Numbered from the stretch's first letter, positions 1-9,291 are shown. The stretch: 62,813 bases of DNA from Candidatus Saccharimonadota bacterium (GCA_009787015.1 WRGU01000051.1:1-62813), one strand, 5' to 3'. Numbers and translations: made by a program. The notes: a model not told the origin generated them from the letters alone.

Positions 1-1412
1 GCACCACAACCTCCCATAGCCCGGGAATAGTAGACGTCAGGATCAGTGACGGCACTAATACCCAAACCCTAACATCCGCCTATGAATACGTGGACAATAA
101 CAATTCTTCATCAACTTCTCACTTGCTAAAAATAAATGTCTATGATTCAACTAATCTTAATACTATCATAAGCACATGTGAAAGTATTAAGGAAGATCAG
201 TTGCAGAATCATACATACACAGAAGAAAGTTACAACGCCCTCATGGAAGCCTGCGAATCCGGGCAGAATACGTTAGATTGTTTAGCAAGAGCTGAGCAGA
301 GCCACACGGACGCGTCCGAGTGCAACGATCCGGATGAGGACAAGGACGATATCGAGGACGCCATCGAGAAATTGGAAGTAGATCCCGATCCAGATCCCGA
401 TCCAGATCCCGATCCCGATCCGGATTGCACTGCAAACCCCAATGCTGATGGCTGTGTTGCTCCCGAAACACCATGCCTCCTTAATCCCAATGCCCAAGGC
501 TGTCCCATCACTCCCACTCCCACCATCATCGGTAAACCCACTCCACCCAACACCGGTACGTGGTCCATTAAGTTGTTTAATACAACTTACCAGTTGCCGA
601 TCCTCCCATTTCTAACTCTTTCCTTCGCTACGACGCTCGCCATTGCTCTAACTATCTACCTCACACGCAAACGCATTATGGAAAAGGGTATAGGTGGAGT
701 AAGAATAAAGAACCCATGGACAAAGGATAGTTATGAACGGGTCTATGAAGGTAAGTTGGTAAAGAAGCATGAAAGTGATCCATTAACCGAAATCATCGAC
801 GTAAGCCAGATAGTCAGAAAGTACCGCATCAAGTTCGTATTATGGCACAGTGTACCCGTAATCGCGATTGTAATCGCATTCTTCACACTACTACTCACCA
901 CCGCCCCAACCATGGCGAATAGTGAGTACGCGAGCATTGGTTTAACCACCACCAACGATACAACTGTCACTATTGTAAATATCGACAAAGCCACGGCGGG
1001 AAATACTGTTAATAAACTTTCCAATATCGAGTCCATCGAAACCAGCATCCACAGCGGCGGAACACTCGATCCGAGAGGGGGAATATTTGCGCGATATGTT
1101 CCGCAGCCAATGGGAGAGCAAGTATTGGGAGATTTCACACCATTACTCAACAACCTAACTCTTACTGCCGCACAAACACCGCAACCTAGTGTGCAACTCA
1201 CTTCCACTAACCAACTCCTGATCCCGTCCACGTTTAGCGGAGGAAATTTGAATGGCAATAACACATTTAGTCACAGCGTAAACATTGACCTAAACAACGT
1301 CCAGACTATCGCCAAGGGGGTGTATAACATCAATTTGGTTTATGTGGTGACGGTGAGGGATGTGGTGGGATCGCTCAGAGCGGATTATACAGATATAGAT
1401 ATAATTGTGTAA
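1..1412 (+). CDS. Cell-surface/envelope protein, 5'-partial (frame open to window edge)
   Basis: Frame of the 90..1412 ORF stays open back to nt 3 (..GIVDVRISDGTNTQTLTSAYEYV, Ig/IPT-like ending). It has a (DP)n and Pro-rich linker, then PPNTG (543..557) + hydrophobic stretch + TRKR, then a second TM and a beta-rich C-terminal domain. Confidence 0.6.
   Translation, partial: TTTSHSPGIVDVRISDGTNTQTLTSAYEYVDNNNSSSTSHLLKINVYDSTNLNTIISTCESIKEDQLQNHTYTEESYNALMEACESGQNTLDCLARAEQSHTDASECNDPDEDKDDIEDAIEKLEVDPDPDPDPDPDPDPDCTANPNADGCVAPETPCLLNPNAQGCPITPTPTIIGKPTPPNTGTWSIKLFNTTYQLPILPFLTLSFATTLAIALTIYLTRKRIMEKGIGGVRIKNPWTKDSYERVYEGKLVKKHESDPLTEIIDVSQIVRKYRIKFVLWHSVPVIAIVIAFFTLLLTTAPTMANSEYASIGLTTTNDTTVTIVNIDKATAGNTVNKLSNIESIETSIHSGGTLDPRGGIFARYVPQPMGEQVLGDFTPLLNNLTLTAAQTPQPSVQLTSTNQLLIPSTFSGGNLNGNNTFSHSVNIDLNNVQTIAKGVYNINLVYVVTVRDVVGSLRADYTDIDIIV
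381..425 (+). repeat. Hexanucleotide tandem repeat (GAYCCN)x7.5 encoding (Asp-Pro)n
   Basis: gatcccgatccagatcccgatccagatcccgatcccgatccggat read directly; in frame within the surface-protein CDS. Confidence 0.9.
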
Positions 1413-1447
1413 TACCCCCCATAAGACTGTCTTGTGGGGTGGTTGGT

Positions 1448-2257
1448 TTATTGCAACAGTGAATCAAAGTGATCGAATTGGCGTTGGTCGTTGCCGCCAG
1501 CAAATTCAATTTCTCTTTGCACGGCGTTATTGCCGATTTTGCGGGCGAAACGGGAGTAGACGTAGCCCTCGGGTTCGTTGTCCACGATAAACTGTTTAAC
1601 CGCCCAACCGCTGTCGCGTAACATCTCGTCGGCTGTACGGGGTTGGCATAGGGAACCACCGGAACCGCCGATAGCCTCGCTTCGCAAAATCGCACCTCTT
1701 TTGGCGACACGGTTGATTTCGTCGATCATGCGGCGCAAGGTTTTTTCCTCGCAATGATAAAAAATCGAATAACAGGCAAAAATTAAATCGACGCTCTCGT
1801 CCGGTACGCTGGCGATAGTTTTTGTGAGTTGTAATATATTGTGTTGGGGTAGGACGATGTCGTTATCTTGATCATACGCAATGTCGACCCCAATAAACGA
1901 GGTTTTATTGTTCCGTTGTATGGATTCCCAAACAGCCCGATGAATTGCGCATCCAGCGCCTGATCCAAAATCCAAAACCACGTCCGCCGCCGAAATTTCG
2001 TCTAAAATGCCGTGGTTGCCGGCTTCTTGATACATGTACATGGCGTTGTTATACGACCAGTGTGATTCGTTGATTCTCTCTCTGGCGGCGTTATCAAACA
2101 GGGGTCTTCTACAATTCCAACCCCGTTCCTCGGTATAATTCATGGTTTGAGCGTTATCTTTGCCATACGGTACTTCAATAATAAATTTACCGCCGCCTTG
2201 CGGTATTTTAGCGAATGGGTAAATTTGCTTACCACTGGAACTGAAAATCTCTCGCAT
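1448..2257 (-). CDS. Class I SAM-dependent methyltransferase, paralog 1 (unknown substrate)
   Basis: Motif I VLDFGSGAG. Start moved to MREIF because the upstream MCYNNE codons are the promoter TGTGCTATAAT (-10 at 2264..2269, 6 nt from ATG). Clearly paralogous to the next gene along its whole length. Confidence 0.7.
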   Translation of the reverse strand: MREIFSSSGKQIYPFAKIPQGGGKFIIEVPYGKDNAQTMNYTEERGWNCRRPLFDNAARERINESHWSYNNAMYMYQEAGNHGILDEISAADVVLDFGSGAGCAIHRAVWESIQRNNKTSFIGVDIAYDQDNDIVLPQHNILQLTKTIASVPDESVDLIFACYSIFYHCEEKTLRRMIDEINRVAKRGAILRSEAIGGSGGSLCQPRTADEMLRDSGWAVKQFIVDNEPEGYVYSRFARKIGNNAVQREIEFAGGNDQRQFDHFDSLLQ

Positions 2258-2293
2258 CTCATTATTATAGCACAAGTTTGTTATTTATGCAAC

Positions 2294-3082
2294 TTATTTT
2301 GCTAATGAATCGAAATAATCGAAATCGGTGCGGTCATCCCAATCGTCGCGTTCGGCGTGAGGTATTATCGCCGCGCCGCCAATTTTGCGGGCGAAACGGG
2401 CGGTTTTTTCTTTGGGAGAGTTTCTAACCCGCAGGCGTTTAACCGCCCAGCCGTTGTCGATTAGTATCTGATCAGGCACATTATGTGCGCATCGTGGTAT
2501 TTCGCCGATCTCGCTCCTTAAAATCGCACCTTTTTTGGCGATGCGACTGATTTCCCGGATTTCTCTTTCTAAATCTTCTTTTCGACAGTGGTAAAAAATC
2601 GAATAACAGGCGAAAATCAGATCAACGCTCTCGTCGGGAATTCGTGCGACATTGTTCGTTAATTGCAGGATATTGGGTTGCGGGAGGATAATTTCGTTAT
2701 CTTTGTCATACGCAATGTCGACACCAATGAACGAGGTTTGATGATTTGCCATTATCGATCGCCAAAGGGCGCGGTGTATGGCGCGGCCGCTGCCCGAACC
2801 GTAATCGAGCAACACATTCGCCGTCGCCAATTCGTTTTCGACCGTATGGAGACCGCGACCATTATGCATGTACATGTTGGCGGTGTAACCGACAGGGGGA
2901 TTTCCGTCATCATCACCCAAATCCCGCGTGCAATTCCAGTTTTGTTCAGTGGTGTAGCGCATCATATCATCGTTGCCGACGCCATAAGGGACTTCCTTGA
3001 CCACGTCCATGCTATCACCATCAGAGTCAAACCAGTAGAAATTGTAAGCCGTGCTGCCATCTGCGTTAAAAATCTGTCTCAT
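2294..3082 (-). CDS. Class I SAM-dependent methyltransferase, paralog 2
   Basis: Motif I LLDYGSGSG. Shares EVPYG, NWNC, SFIGVDIAYD, DLIFACYSIFYHC, GWAVK, FARKIG and the FD(H/Y)FDSL tail with paralog 1. Start at MRQIF. Confidence 0.7.
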   Translation of the reverse strand: MRQIFNADGSTAYNFYWFDSDGDSMDVVKEVPYGVGNDDMMRYTTEQNWNCTRDLGDDDGNPPVGYTANMYMHNGRGLHTVENELATANVLLDYGSGSGRAIHRALWRSIMANHQTSFIGVDIAYDKDNEIILPQPNILQLTNNVARIPDESVDLIFACYSIFYHCRKEDLEREIREISRIAKKGAILRSEIGEIPRCAHNVPDQILIDNGWAVKRLRVRNSPKEKTARFARKIGGAAIIPHAERDDWDDRTDFDYFDSLAK

Positions 3083-3088
3083 CTTACC

Positions 3089-3117
3089 ATTGTAGCACAT
3101 ATTGTTAAAAAAGTCAA
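3089..3117 (-). promoter_or_regulatory. Sigma-70-type promoter of methyltransferase paralog 2 (leaderless)
   Basis: Minus strand reads TTGACT (3117..3112), 17-nt spacer, TGTGC-TACAAT (3094..3089), 6 nt, then ATG at 3082. Confidence 0.7.
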
Positions 3118-3121
3118 GATA

Positions 3122-3212
3122 TTGTCAAAAATATCCTGATCTGTTACAATGTCTGGGTTAATTATAATTTCACGCGGGCGTTGGCGATAGATTCGTCGCG
3201 CGAAAACGCGTG
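3122..3212 (+). promoter_or_regulatory. rplU promoter plus structured 5' leader
   Basis: TTGTCA (3122..3127), 17 nt, TACAAT (3145..3150). Leader contains a CACGCG (3171..3176) / CGCGTG (3207..3212) stem, then AAAGGA before the ATG. Confidence 0.4.
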
Positions 3213-3227
3213 TGAAAGGAATCACAA

Positions 3228-3533
3228 ATGAAAGCAGTTATTTTAAGCGGCAACAAACAATACACCGTAGCGGAAGGCGATCAAGTTTTGATTGATCGTA
3301 TCGATGGTGATAAAAAGGAATTGACCTTTGATCCGTTGATGATCATCGATGGTGCGAAGACGAAAGTCGGAACTCCGACCGTCAAAGACGTAAAAGTCAC
3401 CGCCAAAATCGTCGAAGAATTGGTCAAGGGCGAAAAAGTCCGCGCAATCCGTTTCGAGGCAAAAAAACGCGTCAACAAAGTCAGCGGTCAGCGCCATCAA
3501 TATACGAAGATCGAAATCACATCGATTAAATAA
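3228..3533 (+). CDS. rplU: 50S ribosomal protein L21
   Basis: MKAVILSGNKQYTVAEGD.. and size (101 aa) are typical of bL21. Confidence 0.9.
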   Translation: MKAVILSGNKQYTVAEGDQVLIDRIDGDKKELTFDPLMIIDGAKTKVGTPTVKDVKVTAKIVEELVKGEKVRAIRFEAKKRVNKVSGQRHQYTKIEITSIK

Positions 3534-3555
3534 TCGTGGTCGTTTATACTCGTCT

Positions 3556-3628
3556 GTCATCCCGAGCGGAGTCGAGGAATCTTGTTGCGATGTGATGCCA
3601 CCGGCATTTCTCACGCTCGAAATGATAG
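3556..3628. repeat. GTCAT-hairpin repeat pair (family B), inverted units
   Basis: GTCATCCCGAGCGGAGTCGAGGAATCT (3556..3582) and the inverted unit ATTTCTCACGCTCGAAATGATAG (3606..3628), 22 nt after the rplU stop. Confidence 0.7.
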
Positions 3629-3677
3629 TCATGGGGTACTTAACCAAAAACAAATTGTGTGTTAAAATAGTTTTATC

Positions 3678-4502
3678 ATGAGTGAGGGAAAATCCGCGAC
3701 TATCATCGCAATTACAAATCAGAAAGGCGGCGTCGGCAAAACGACCACCGCGGTAAATTTAGCATTTTATTTGGCGAAAGCCGGTGCAAACGTGTTGATC
3801 GTCGATTTCGATCCACAGGGCAACGCCACGAGCGGTTTGGGGATTGACAAGGGCGACCTTAAATCGAGCGAAAACGCCAAAGGCAAGCCGACGATTTTGG
3901 CGGCGGTTTCCGGTGAAACTCCGATTAAAAAAATTATTCAACCGACCAAGTTTAAGAATCTATCCATCGCACCGACCAATCCGCAATTAGCGGATGCCGA
4001 ATCGGGTTTGGCGGGGCAAAAACGTCGCTTTCAACGTTTATCTGATGCGCTTGATCCGGTAAAGTCCAGTTATGATTTCATTTTGATCGATTCGCCGCCG
4101 TCGCTGTCGATTTTGACGGTCAATGCGCTGGTGGCGGCGCAACACGTTTTGTTGCCTGTCCAGGCGGAATTTTTCGCGCTGGAGGGACTCGGGCAGTTGC
4201 TCGAAACTATGAAATTGGTGCGAAAAGGTCTAAATCCGACATTGTCGCTCATGGGGGTTTTGGTGACGATGATGGATTCGCGCACCGCGTTGGCGCAACA
4301 GGTCTATATTGAAATCAAAAAACATTTCCCGGGCAAAGTTTTTGAAACCACGATCCCGCGCAACGTGCGTTTGGCGGAAGCGCCGTCGCACGGTTTGCCG
4401 ATTGGCGCATATGATCGCTTTAGCAAGGGTGCGCGCGCCTATAAAGCCGTTGCCGCCGAAACCGTTGAACGCGTCGGTTGGACGTCGGGTGAAGAATCAT
4501 AG
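3678..4502 (+). CDS. parA: Chromosome partitioning ATPase ParA/Soj
   Basis: Deviant Walker A NQKGGVGKTTT; size and position directly upstream of parB. Confidence 0.9.
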   Translation: MSEGKSATIIAITNQKGGVGKTTTAVNLAFYLAKAGANVLIVDFDPQGNATSGLGIDKGDLKSSENAKGKPTILAAVSGETPIKKIIQPTKFKNLSIAPTNPQLADAESGLAGQKRRFQRLSDALDPVKSSYDFILIDSPPSLSILTVNALVAAQHVLLPVQAEFFALEGLGQLLETMKLVRKGLNPTLSLMGVLVTMMDSRTALAQQVYIEIKKHFPGKVFETTIPRNVRLAEAPSHGLPIGAYDRFSKGARAYKAVAAETVERVGWTSGEES

Positions 4503-4553
4503 CTCATAACGTAAACTATTGCAAGCACGAGCGAAATACCGTATAATGTTCTC

Positions 4554-5462
4554 ATGGTTAAGAGAGGTTTAGGAAAAAGTTTTGATGCGTTGATCCCGAC
4601 GGATCTGGTTGATGAGAGTTTCGACCCGACGGCTGCCGTCGATGAAAAAGTTTCCGATTTAAGAGTGATTCGGGTTTCGGATATTTCGCCGAATCCTGAT
4701 CAACCGCGGCGTCATTTCGACGAGGAAGAAATGGCGACGCTGGCGGATTCGATTCGTGAACACGGTATTTTGCAACCAATCGTGGTTGTGCCAAAGAGCG
4801 AGGGTAAATTCGAAATCGTGGCGGGCGAACGACGTTGGCGTGCTGCAAAAATGGCGGACTTAACGAAAATTCCGGCGATTGTTCGCACATTATCGGCGCA
4901 ACATAAATTGGAACTGTCAATCATCGAGAACGTGCAACGCACTGATCTTAATCCGCTCGAAACCGCGACCGGGTATGTCAAATTAAAAACCCAATTTAAT
5001 TTATCAGATGCGGAAATTTCGGCACGCGTTGGACGCGCCGTCAGCACCATCACTAACCAGATGCGCTTGCTGTCCTTGCCGGATTTTGTGAAAACGGCAT
5101 TGGTTGAGGGAAAAATTACCGAAGGTCACGCACGGCAGTTTTTGACGCTGGCATCGTTGGGCGGTGGTAAACAATTGCAACAGGAAATGCTCGATTTGAT
5201 CATCAAGGAACATTGGACGGTGCGCAACGCCGAACAATTCGTGATTGGATTCCGAAATAACGGGGGGGTGTTCGGCGACGACAAAGCGAAATCCGCACGT
5301 TCTGCGACCAAATCCGAAAATGATTTTACCCGCAGTTTGGCGAAAAAATTACAATTCAAACCGAATCAAATTATCCAAGAAACCACAGCACACGGTGGAA
5401 AAATCATCATCAAATTCACGAGTGACGAAGAATTAGAAAAAATCCGCGCAATGATTCTCTAA
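4554..5462 (+). CDS. parB: Chromosome partitioning protein ParB/Spo0J
   Basis: ParB box GILQPIVV.. and IVAGERRWRAAK. Leaderless promoter: TTGCAA (4519..4524), 17 nt, TATAAT (4542..4547), 6 nt, ATG. Confidence 0.9.
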   Translation: MVKRGLGKSFDALIPTDLVDESFDPTAAVDEKVSDLRVIRVSDISPNPDQPRRHFDEEEMATLADSIREHGILQPIVVVPKSEGKFEIVAGERRWRAAKMADLTKIPAIVRTLSAQHKLELSIIENVQRTDLNPLETATGYVKLKTQFNLSDAEISARVGRAVSTITNQMRLLSLPDFVKTALVEGKITEGHARQFLTLASLGGGKQLQQEMLDLIIKEHWTVRNAEQFVIGFRNNGGVFGDDKAKSARSATKSENDFTRSLAKKLQFKPNQIIQETTAHGGKIIIKFTSDEELEKIRAMIL

Positions 5463-5511
5463 TTATTTAAAAACAGTAGACTTTTTTGCGTAAAAAAGGT
5501 AAAATGTTTAT

Positions 5512-6294
5512 GTGAATCCTAGTCAAGACCCAAATCGAAAACCGGTTGCGTCGCCAACGCCGCCAATACCGTCATTACCGCCGGTTAATAATTTTCCAAT
5601 GCAACCGCTGACGAAATCGGCGGTCGAAAAACCGAATCCGAAACCAAAGGCTAGCCGCTCGCCGTGGCTGCGCGACATCGTCGGTTTGGCAATTTTCGTC
5701 GTTGTTGTGGCGGTTGGTGCGTTTGTGATCAACACCTTTATCTTTCGTAGTTTCAACGTCGTCGGTCCGAGTATGGAACCAACTCTCGACGGTGGTTATG
5801 GCGATTTGCCAAATGACCGTCTGATCATCAATTTGCTACCGGAAACCTGGGCGCATCTCCAGGGTAAGGATTGGGTGCCAAATCGCGGCGATATTATCGT
5901 CTTTCGCAATCCGCGTTGGAGCGCAAACTCTGGTCAGGACGATGAGTATGTCGTCAAACGCGTGGTCGCTTTCCCGGGCGAACGCGTTGTAGTATCGGAT
6001 TGCAAGTTAAAAATCTATAACAAAGAACATCCCGAAGGATTCGATCCTTACACAAAATTCGCGAATCTGGCGGAGAATGACAAAGAAGTCAACAAATGCG
6101 TCGACGGCGAGGGCACGGACGGTACAGTGACGGACGGGAACATCTTTGTGGTTGGTGATCATCGCGACGGTAATCATTCGATGGATTCGCGCAATGGCAA
6201 CGGGCGATCGACGTTGGGGCTTGTACCGCTCAAAAACATCGTTGGTAAAGTGACTTTGCGAATTTGGCCATTGGATCGGTTAAAGGCTTTCTAA
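5512..6294 (+). CDS. lepB: Signal peptidase I with long Pro-rich N-terminal tail
   Basis: GPSMEPTL (Ser box) and VKRVVAFPGERV (Lys box). GTG start lies 6 nt after TAAAAT (5500..5505). Confidence 0.85.
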   Translation: MNPSQDPNRKPVASPTPPIPSLPPVNNFPMQPLTKSAVEKPNPKPKASRSPWLRDIVGLAIFVVVVAVGAFVINTFIFRSFNVVGPSMEPTLDGGYGDLPNDRLIINLLPETWAHLQGKDWVPNRGDIIVFRNPRWSANSGQDDEYVVKRVVAFPGERVVVSDCKLKIYNKEHPEGFDPYTKFANLAENDKEVNKCVDGEGTDGTVTDGNIFVVGDHRDGNHSMDSRNGNGRSTLGLVPLKNIVGKVTLRIWPLDRLKAF

Positions 6295-6313
6295 CCTGAA
6301 ATTTTATAACTAA

Positions 6314-6338
6314 AAAACGCCCCGCATGAGGGCGTTTT
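6314..6338. terminator. Bidirectional intrinsic terminator between lepB (+) and rpmE2 (-)
   Basis: AAAACGCCC (6314..6322) / GGGCGTTTT (6330..6338) with a 7-nt loop; A-run on one side and T-run on the other. Confidence 0.75.
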
Positions 6339-6353
6339 CAAATTCTAATCGAA

Positions 6354-6650
6354 TTATTTAGTTTTCACAGTAGTCTTTTTTGCCAATTTTTCCTTGTGCT
6401 CTTTCGCAGCCTTCATCTTGGCGGCGAAGCGATCGACGCGACCCTCGGTGTCGATAATCTTTTCCTCACCAGTGAAGAACGGGTGCGACGCACTCGAAAT
6501 GTGGATTTTAACAACTGGATATTTGTTACCGTCTTCCCAAACGATGGTTTCGTTGCTGGCGACGGTCGATTTCGTCAAGAAAGAGAATTTGGCAGCTTCG
6601 TCCAAAAACACAACTAAACGATAATCTGTGGGATGTAAACTTTTATTCAT
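6354..6650 (-). CDS. rpmE2: 50S ribosomal protein L31, type B (no CxxC)
   Basis: MNKSLHPTDYRLVVF..HPFFTG typical of bL31 type B. Start moved to MNKS (6650). Confidence 0.85.
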   Translation of the reverse strand: MNKSLHPTDYRLVVFLDEAAKFSFLTKSTVASNETIVWEDGNKYPVVKIHISSASHPFFTGEEKIIDTEGRVDRFAAKMKAAKEHKEKLAKKTTVKTK

Positions 6651-6691
6651 ATCCGAACTAGTGTACACGAATAAGTGGTAAAAGTCAAACG

Positions 6692-7435
6692 TTATTCAAT
6701 ACTGATCGAACAAACTTTTGCTGGACCGCTGGTGACGACCTTGCAATTCTTTAATACATTTTCGAGTTTGTCGGTCAGTTTACTGATGTCCTCGGCTTTT
6801 TTCTGTAATTCGACTTTTTCGGTGGTCAGAGTTTCGTTTTTCTTAGTTAATTCCTCAATCTGCTTCTTCTGATCCTCGATAGTTTTCGTATTCTCATCAT
6901 CTTTTTTGGTCAGGGTAGCGATTTTACTCTGCAACGTATCGTATTGGCTGCTGTCCTTGTCAACAGAATAGTCGTTATCTTTCTGTTTGCCCTCTAATTC
7001 CCTGATTTTTGCCTCGGCTTTTCCGAGTTTGTCCAGGGTATCGTTATTCTGTTGGAAAAAATACACCGTTCCGCCACCGCCCGCCAGTGTCAGGATAAAG
7101 AACAATAATGTCAAAATCGATATCGAAAAATGACGCGTTTTAACAGGTTGCGGAGCGGGTGCGGGTGCGCTGCTCGCCTGGTTCATCAAGTTATCAAATT
7201 GACTAACGCTGGGCGGGGGTGGAGAAGTTTCAATGTTCGGCATGCCGGCATCGACGGGTATAGTATCGACGGGATTTTCCGGAATATCCTGAATCGGCGC
7301 AACGGTCATTGGTGCGCCCGTTGGTGCAAAATTCTCAAACGTCACCGGTTGCGCGGTGAAATTATCGGCATTAGCATCGCCTTGGCTCATGACCGGCGGT
7401 AACGGATTTGTTGGTTGAAACGGATTATTATTCAT
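6692..7435 (-). CDS. Membrane-anchored coiled-coil protein with Pro-rich N-terminus (unknown function)
   Basis: Pro-rich N-terminus, one TM (ILTLLFFILTLAGGGG), Lys/Glu-rich heptad-like C-terminal half. SD AAGGTGG upstream. Confidence 0.55.
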   Translation of the reverse strand: MNNNPFQPTNPLPPVMSQGDANADNFTAQPVTFENFAPTGAPMTVAPIQDIPENPVDTIPVDAGMPNIETSPPPPSVSQFDNLMNQASSAPAPAPQPVKTRHFSISILTLLFFILTLAGGGGTVYFFQQNNDTLDKLGKAEAKIRELEGKQKDNDYSVDKDSSQYDTLQSKIATLTKKDDENTKTIEDQKKQIEELTKKNETLTTEKVELQKKAEDISKLTDKLENVLKNCKVVTSGPAKVCSISIE

Positions 7436-7501
7436 TTATACCCACCTTTTTAATATTTATGCTTATAATTTTAACAGAAAGTTTCGAGTGGCGCAAGCCT
7501 A

Positions 7502-7594
7502 TTGACCTAAATCAAATTTTGCGGTAAAATGGTGGGGTAATAAACTTAATGATACAACTTTTCGCGGACTCCTGAACAATTAATCGGCGAAAAG
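7502..7594 (+). promoter_or_regulatory. rpsB promoter and leader hairpin
   Basis: TTGACC (7502..7507), 17 nt, TAAAAT (7525..7530). 8-bp stem CTTTTCGC (7558..7565) / GCGAAAAG (7587..7594), then AAGGAG (7603..7608). Confidence 0.5.
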
Positions 7595-7613
7595 TGAGGC
7601 GAAAGGAGTAAAA

Positions 7614-8375
7614 ATGCCTGAATTAGATATCAAAAAATTGTTCGAGGTTGGCGCGCATTTTGGTCACAAAACGTCGCGTTGGAATCCGAAAATGGCGGGG
7701 TTCATTCACAGTAAGCGTGATGACAGCCACATTATTAACCTGGAAAAAACTGTGGAGCAGTTGGACAGGGTGCTGCCGTTCGTTACAGACGTTGTTGCTA
7801 GAGGTCGCCAGTTCCTGTTCGTCGGCACGAAAAAACAAGCCCGTGAAATCGTCAAAAACGCCGCCGAATCGGTGTCGCAACCATATGTTGCGGAACGTTG
7901 GTTGGGCGGAATGCTGACCAATGTCACGACGATAACTTCGCAAATCAAGAAGTTGAAGTTGCTCGAAAAGCGCATGGCGAGCGGCGAACTCGCAAACCGC
8001 TATAACAAATTAGAGGTTCAGCGCTATCAGGAAGAAATCGATGCTCTGAACGTCAAATATGGCGGCGTAAAAGATTTGAAAGGTCGCCCAGGCGCGTTGT
8101 TTGTGTTGGATGCGGTTGCGGATCAGAACGCGGTTAAAGAAGCTGTTAAATTAGGTATCCCAGTAGTCGCGATTTGCGATACTAACGCCGATCCGACCGG
8201 TATCGAATATGTGATTCCGGCAAATGATGACGCTATCGCGTCGCTGCAATTAATCACGGATTACATCGTCGACGCGGTAAAAGCCGGCGAAAATGTGTCC
8301 GCGAAAAAAGAGCAGGACAAGCCAGAAGCCAAACCCACCGACATGGCGGGCGACAAAACCGAATCGGATAAATAA
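7614..8375 (+). CDS. rpsB: 30S ribosomal protein S2
   Basis: LFEVGAHFGHKTSRWNPKM.. and ERWLGGMLTN motifs. Confidence 0.95.
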   Translation: MPELDIKKLFEVGAHFGHKTSRWNPKMAGFIHSKRDDSHIINLEKTVEQLDRVLPFVTDVVARGRQFLFVGTKKQAREIVKNAAESVSQPYVAERWLGGMLTNVTTITSQIKKLKLLEKRMASGELANRYNKLEVQRYQEEIDALNVKYGGVKDLKGRPGALFVLDAVADQNAVKEAVKLGIPVVAICDTNADPTGIEYVIPANDDAIASLQLITDYIVDAVKAGENVSAKKEQDKPEAKPTDMAGDKTESDK

Positions 8376-8392
8376 TAAATAGGAGGGGGAAG

Positions 8393-8887
8393 ATGGACGA
8401 AATCTACATACGCCGCAGTTACCACGACGGATTTAGTAGTCTGGCGGTTGAGGACGACAAAATCAAAGCGATTTTGAAAGCCGGTATGAACGCGCCGAGC
8501 GCACGCAATACGCAACCTTGGGAATTTGTGGTCGTGAAAGATCGCGCAATGTTGGAAAAGTTAGCAAATTCGAAAAGTTCCGGCGGGGCGGGCGCATGCA
8601 AAACTGCCGCGTTTGCGGTGATAATTTGCGCCGACGATCGTATGTTGAACAGCATCAACACCGGTTTGGCGGCGGAAAACATGATGCTCGCGGCGGAAAA
8701 CCTGGATGTCCAGAGTTTAACTATCGATATTTGGGAAACCACCGAGGCGCAGATCAATATCAAGCAGTGGTTGAATATTCCCGAAAACTTAACGGCGTAC
8801 GTGATGATCGCGTTCGGTTATGCGGACGAAAAAATCGCGCCGAACGATCGCTTTATTGAGGAAAAAATCCATTGGGAGAAATTCTAA
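8393..8887 (+). CDS. Nitroreductase-family protein
   Basis: RRSYH.., APSARNTQPWEFVVV motif; 164 aa. Confidence 0.7.
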   Translation: MDEIYIRRSYHDGFSSLAVEDDKIKAILKAGMNAPSARNTQPWEFVVVKDRAMLEKLANSKSSGGAGACKTAAFAVIICADDRMLNSINTGLAAENMMLAAENLDVQSLTIDIWETTEAQINIKQWLNIPENLTAYVMIAFGYADEKIAPNDRFIEEKIHWEKF

Positions 8888-9291
8888 TGAGTATCAAACA
8901 ATCAATCGTTCCGGATAATTATAATGCCGCACCTGGTTTCTATTCGCCAGCAATCAAAGTCGACCTCGGCAACGCCGAAATGATTTTCGTCACTGGTCAG
9001 CAGATCAACACGAACGAAAACGGCGAAGTCGCCACCACCGACATCGCGGAACAAACCGAGTATGTGTTCGAACAGTTACAGAAAACCCTACACGCCGCCG
9101 GTTCGAGTCTGGACGACGTCGTGAAAGCGCAAATTTTCTTGACCGACATTAATGATTTTCCGGTTGTATCCGAAATCCGCAAAAAATATTTTGCGAAAAG
9201 CAAACCCGCGAGCACGTTAGTCGAAGTCAATGCGATGGTGCATAAAGGTGCGAAAATCGAAATCGAAGTCATCGCAGTGAGGGAGAAATAA
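8887..9291 (+). CDS. ridA: RidA/YjgF-family enamine/imine deaminase
   Basis: APGFYSPAIKV.., IFVTGQ.., ARSTVEV-like STLVEVNAM. ATG overlaps the preceding TAA by 1 nt. Confidence 0.7.
   Translation: MSIKQSIVPDNYNAAPGFYSPAIKVDLGNAEMIFVTGQQINTNENGEVATTDIAEQTEYVFEQLQKTLHAAGSSLDDVVKAQIFLTDINDFPVVSEIRKKYFAKSKPASTLVEVNAMVHKGAKIEIEVIAVREK

Noticed and set aside
381-425. Short tandem repeat that could be mistaken for a CRISPR-like or phase-variation array
   Set aside because: The period is 6 nt with no spacers. It is in frame and simply encodes (Asp-Pro)n inside a surface protein, so any length change keeps the frame.
2258-2275. N-terminal extensions MCYN.., MQLCYNIC.., MCYYIP.. in the ORF track (also 3083-3100, 22468-22491, 47317-47334, 55945-55962)
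   Set aside because: These codons are the extended -10 promoter TGTGCTAyAAT read as protein. The true starts are the ATG 6 nt after the hexamer.
3678-5462. parAB as a marker of the replication origin
   Set aside because: There is no dnaA, dnaN, rpmH or rnpA nearby. I found no cluster of TTATCCACA-like boxes and no recognisable parS (TGTTNCACGTGAAACA).
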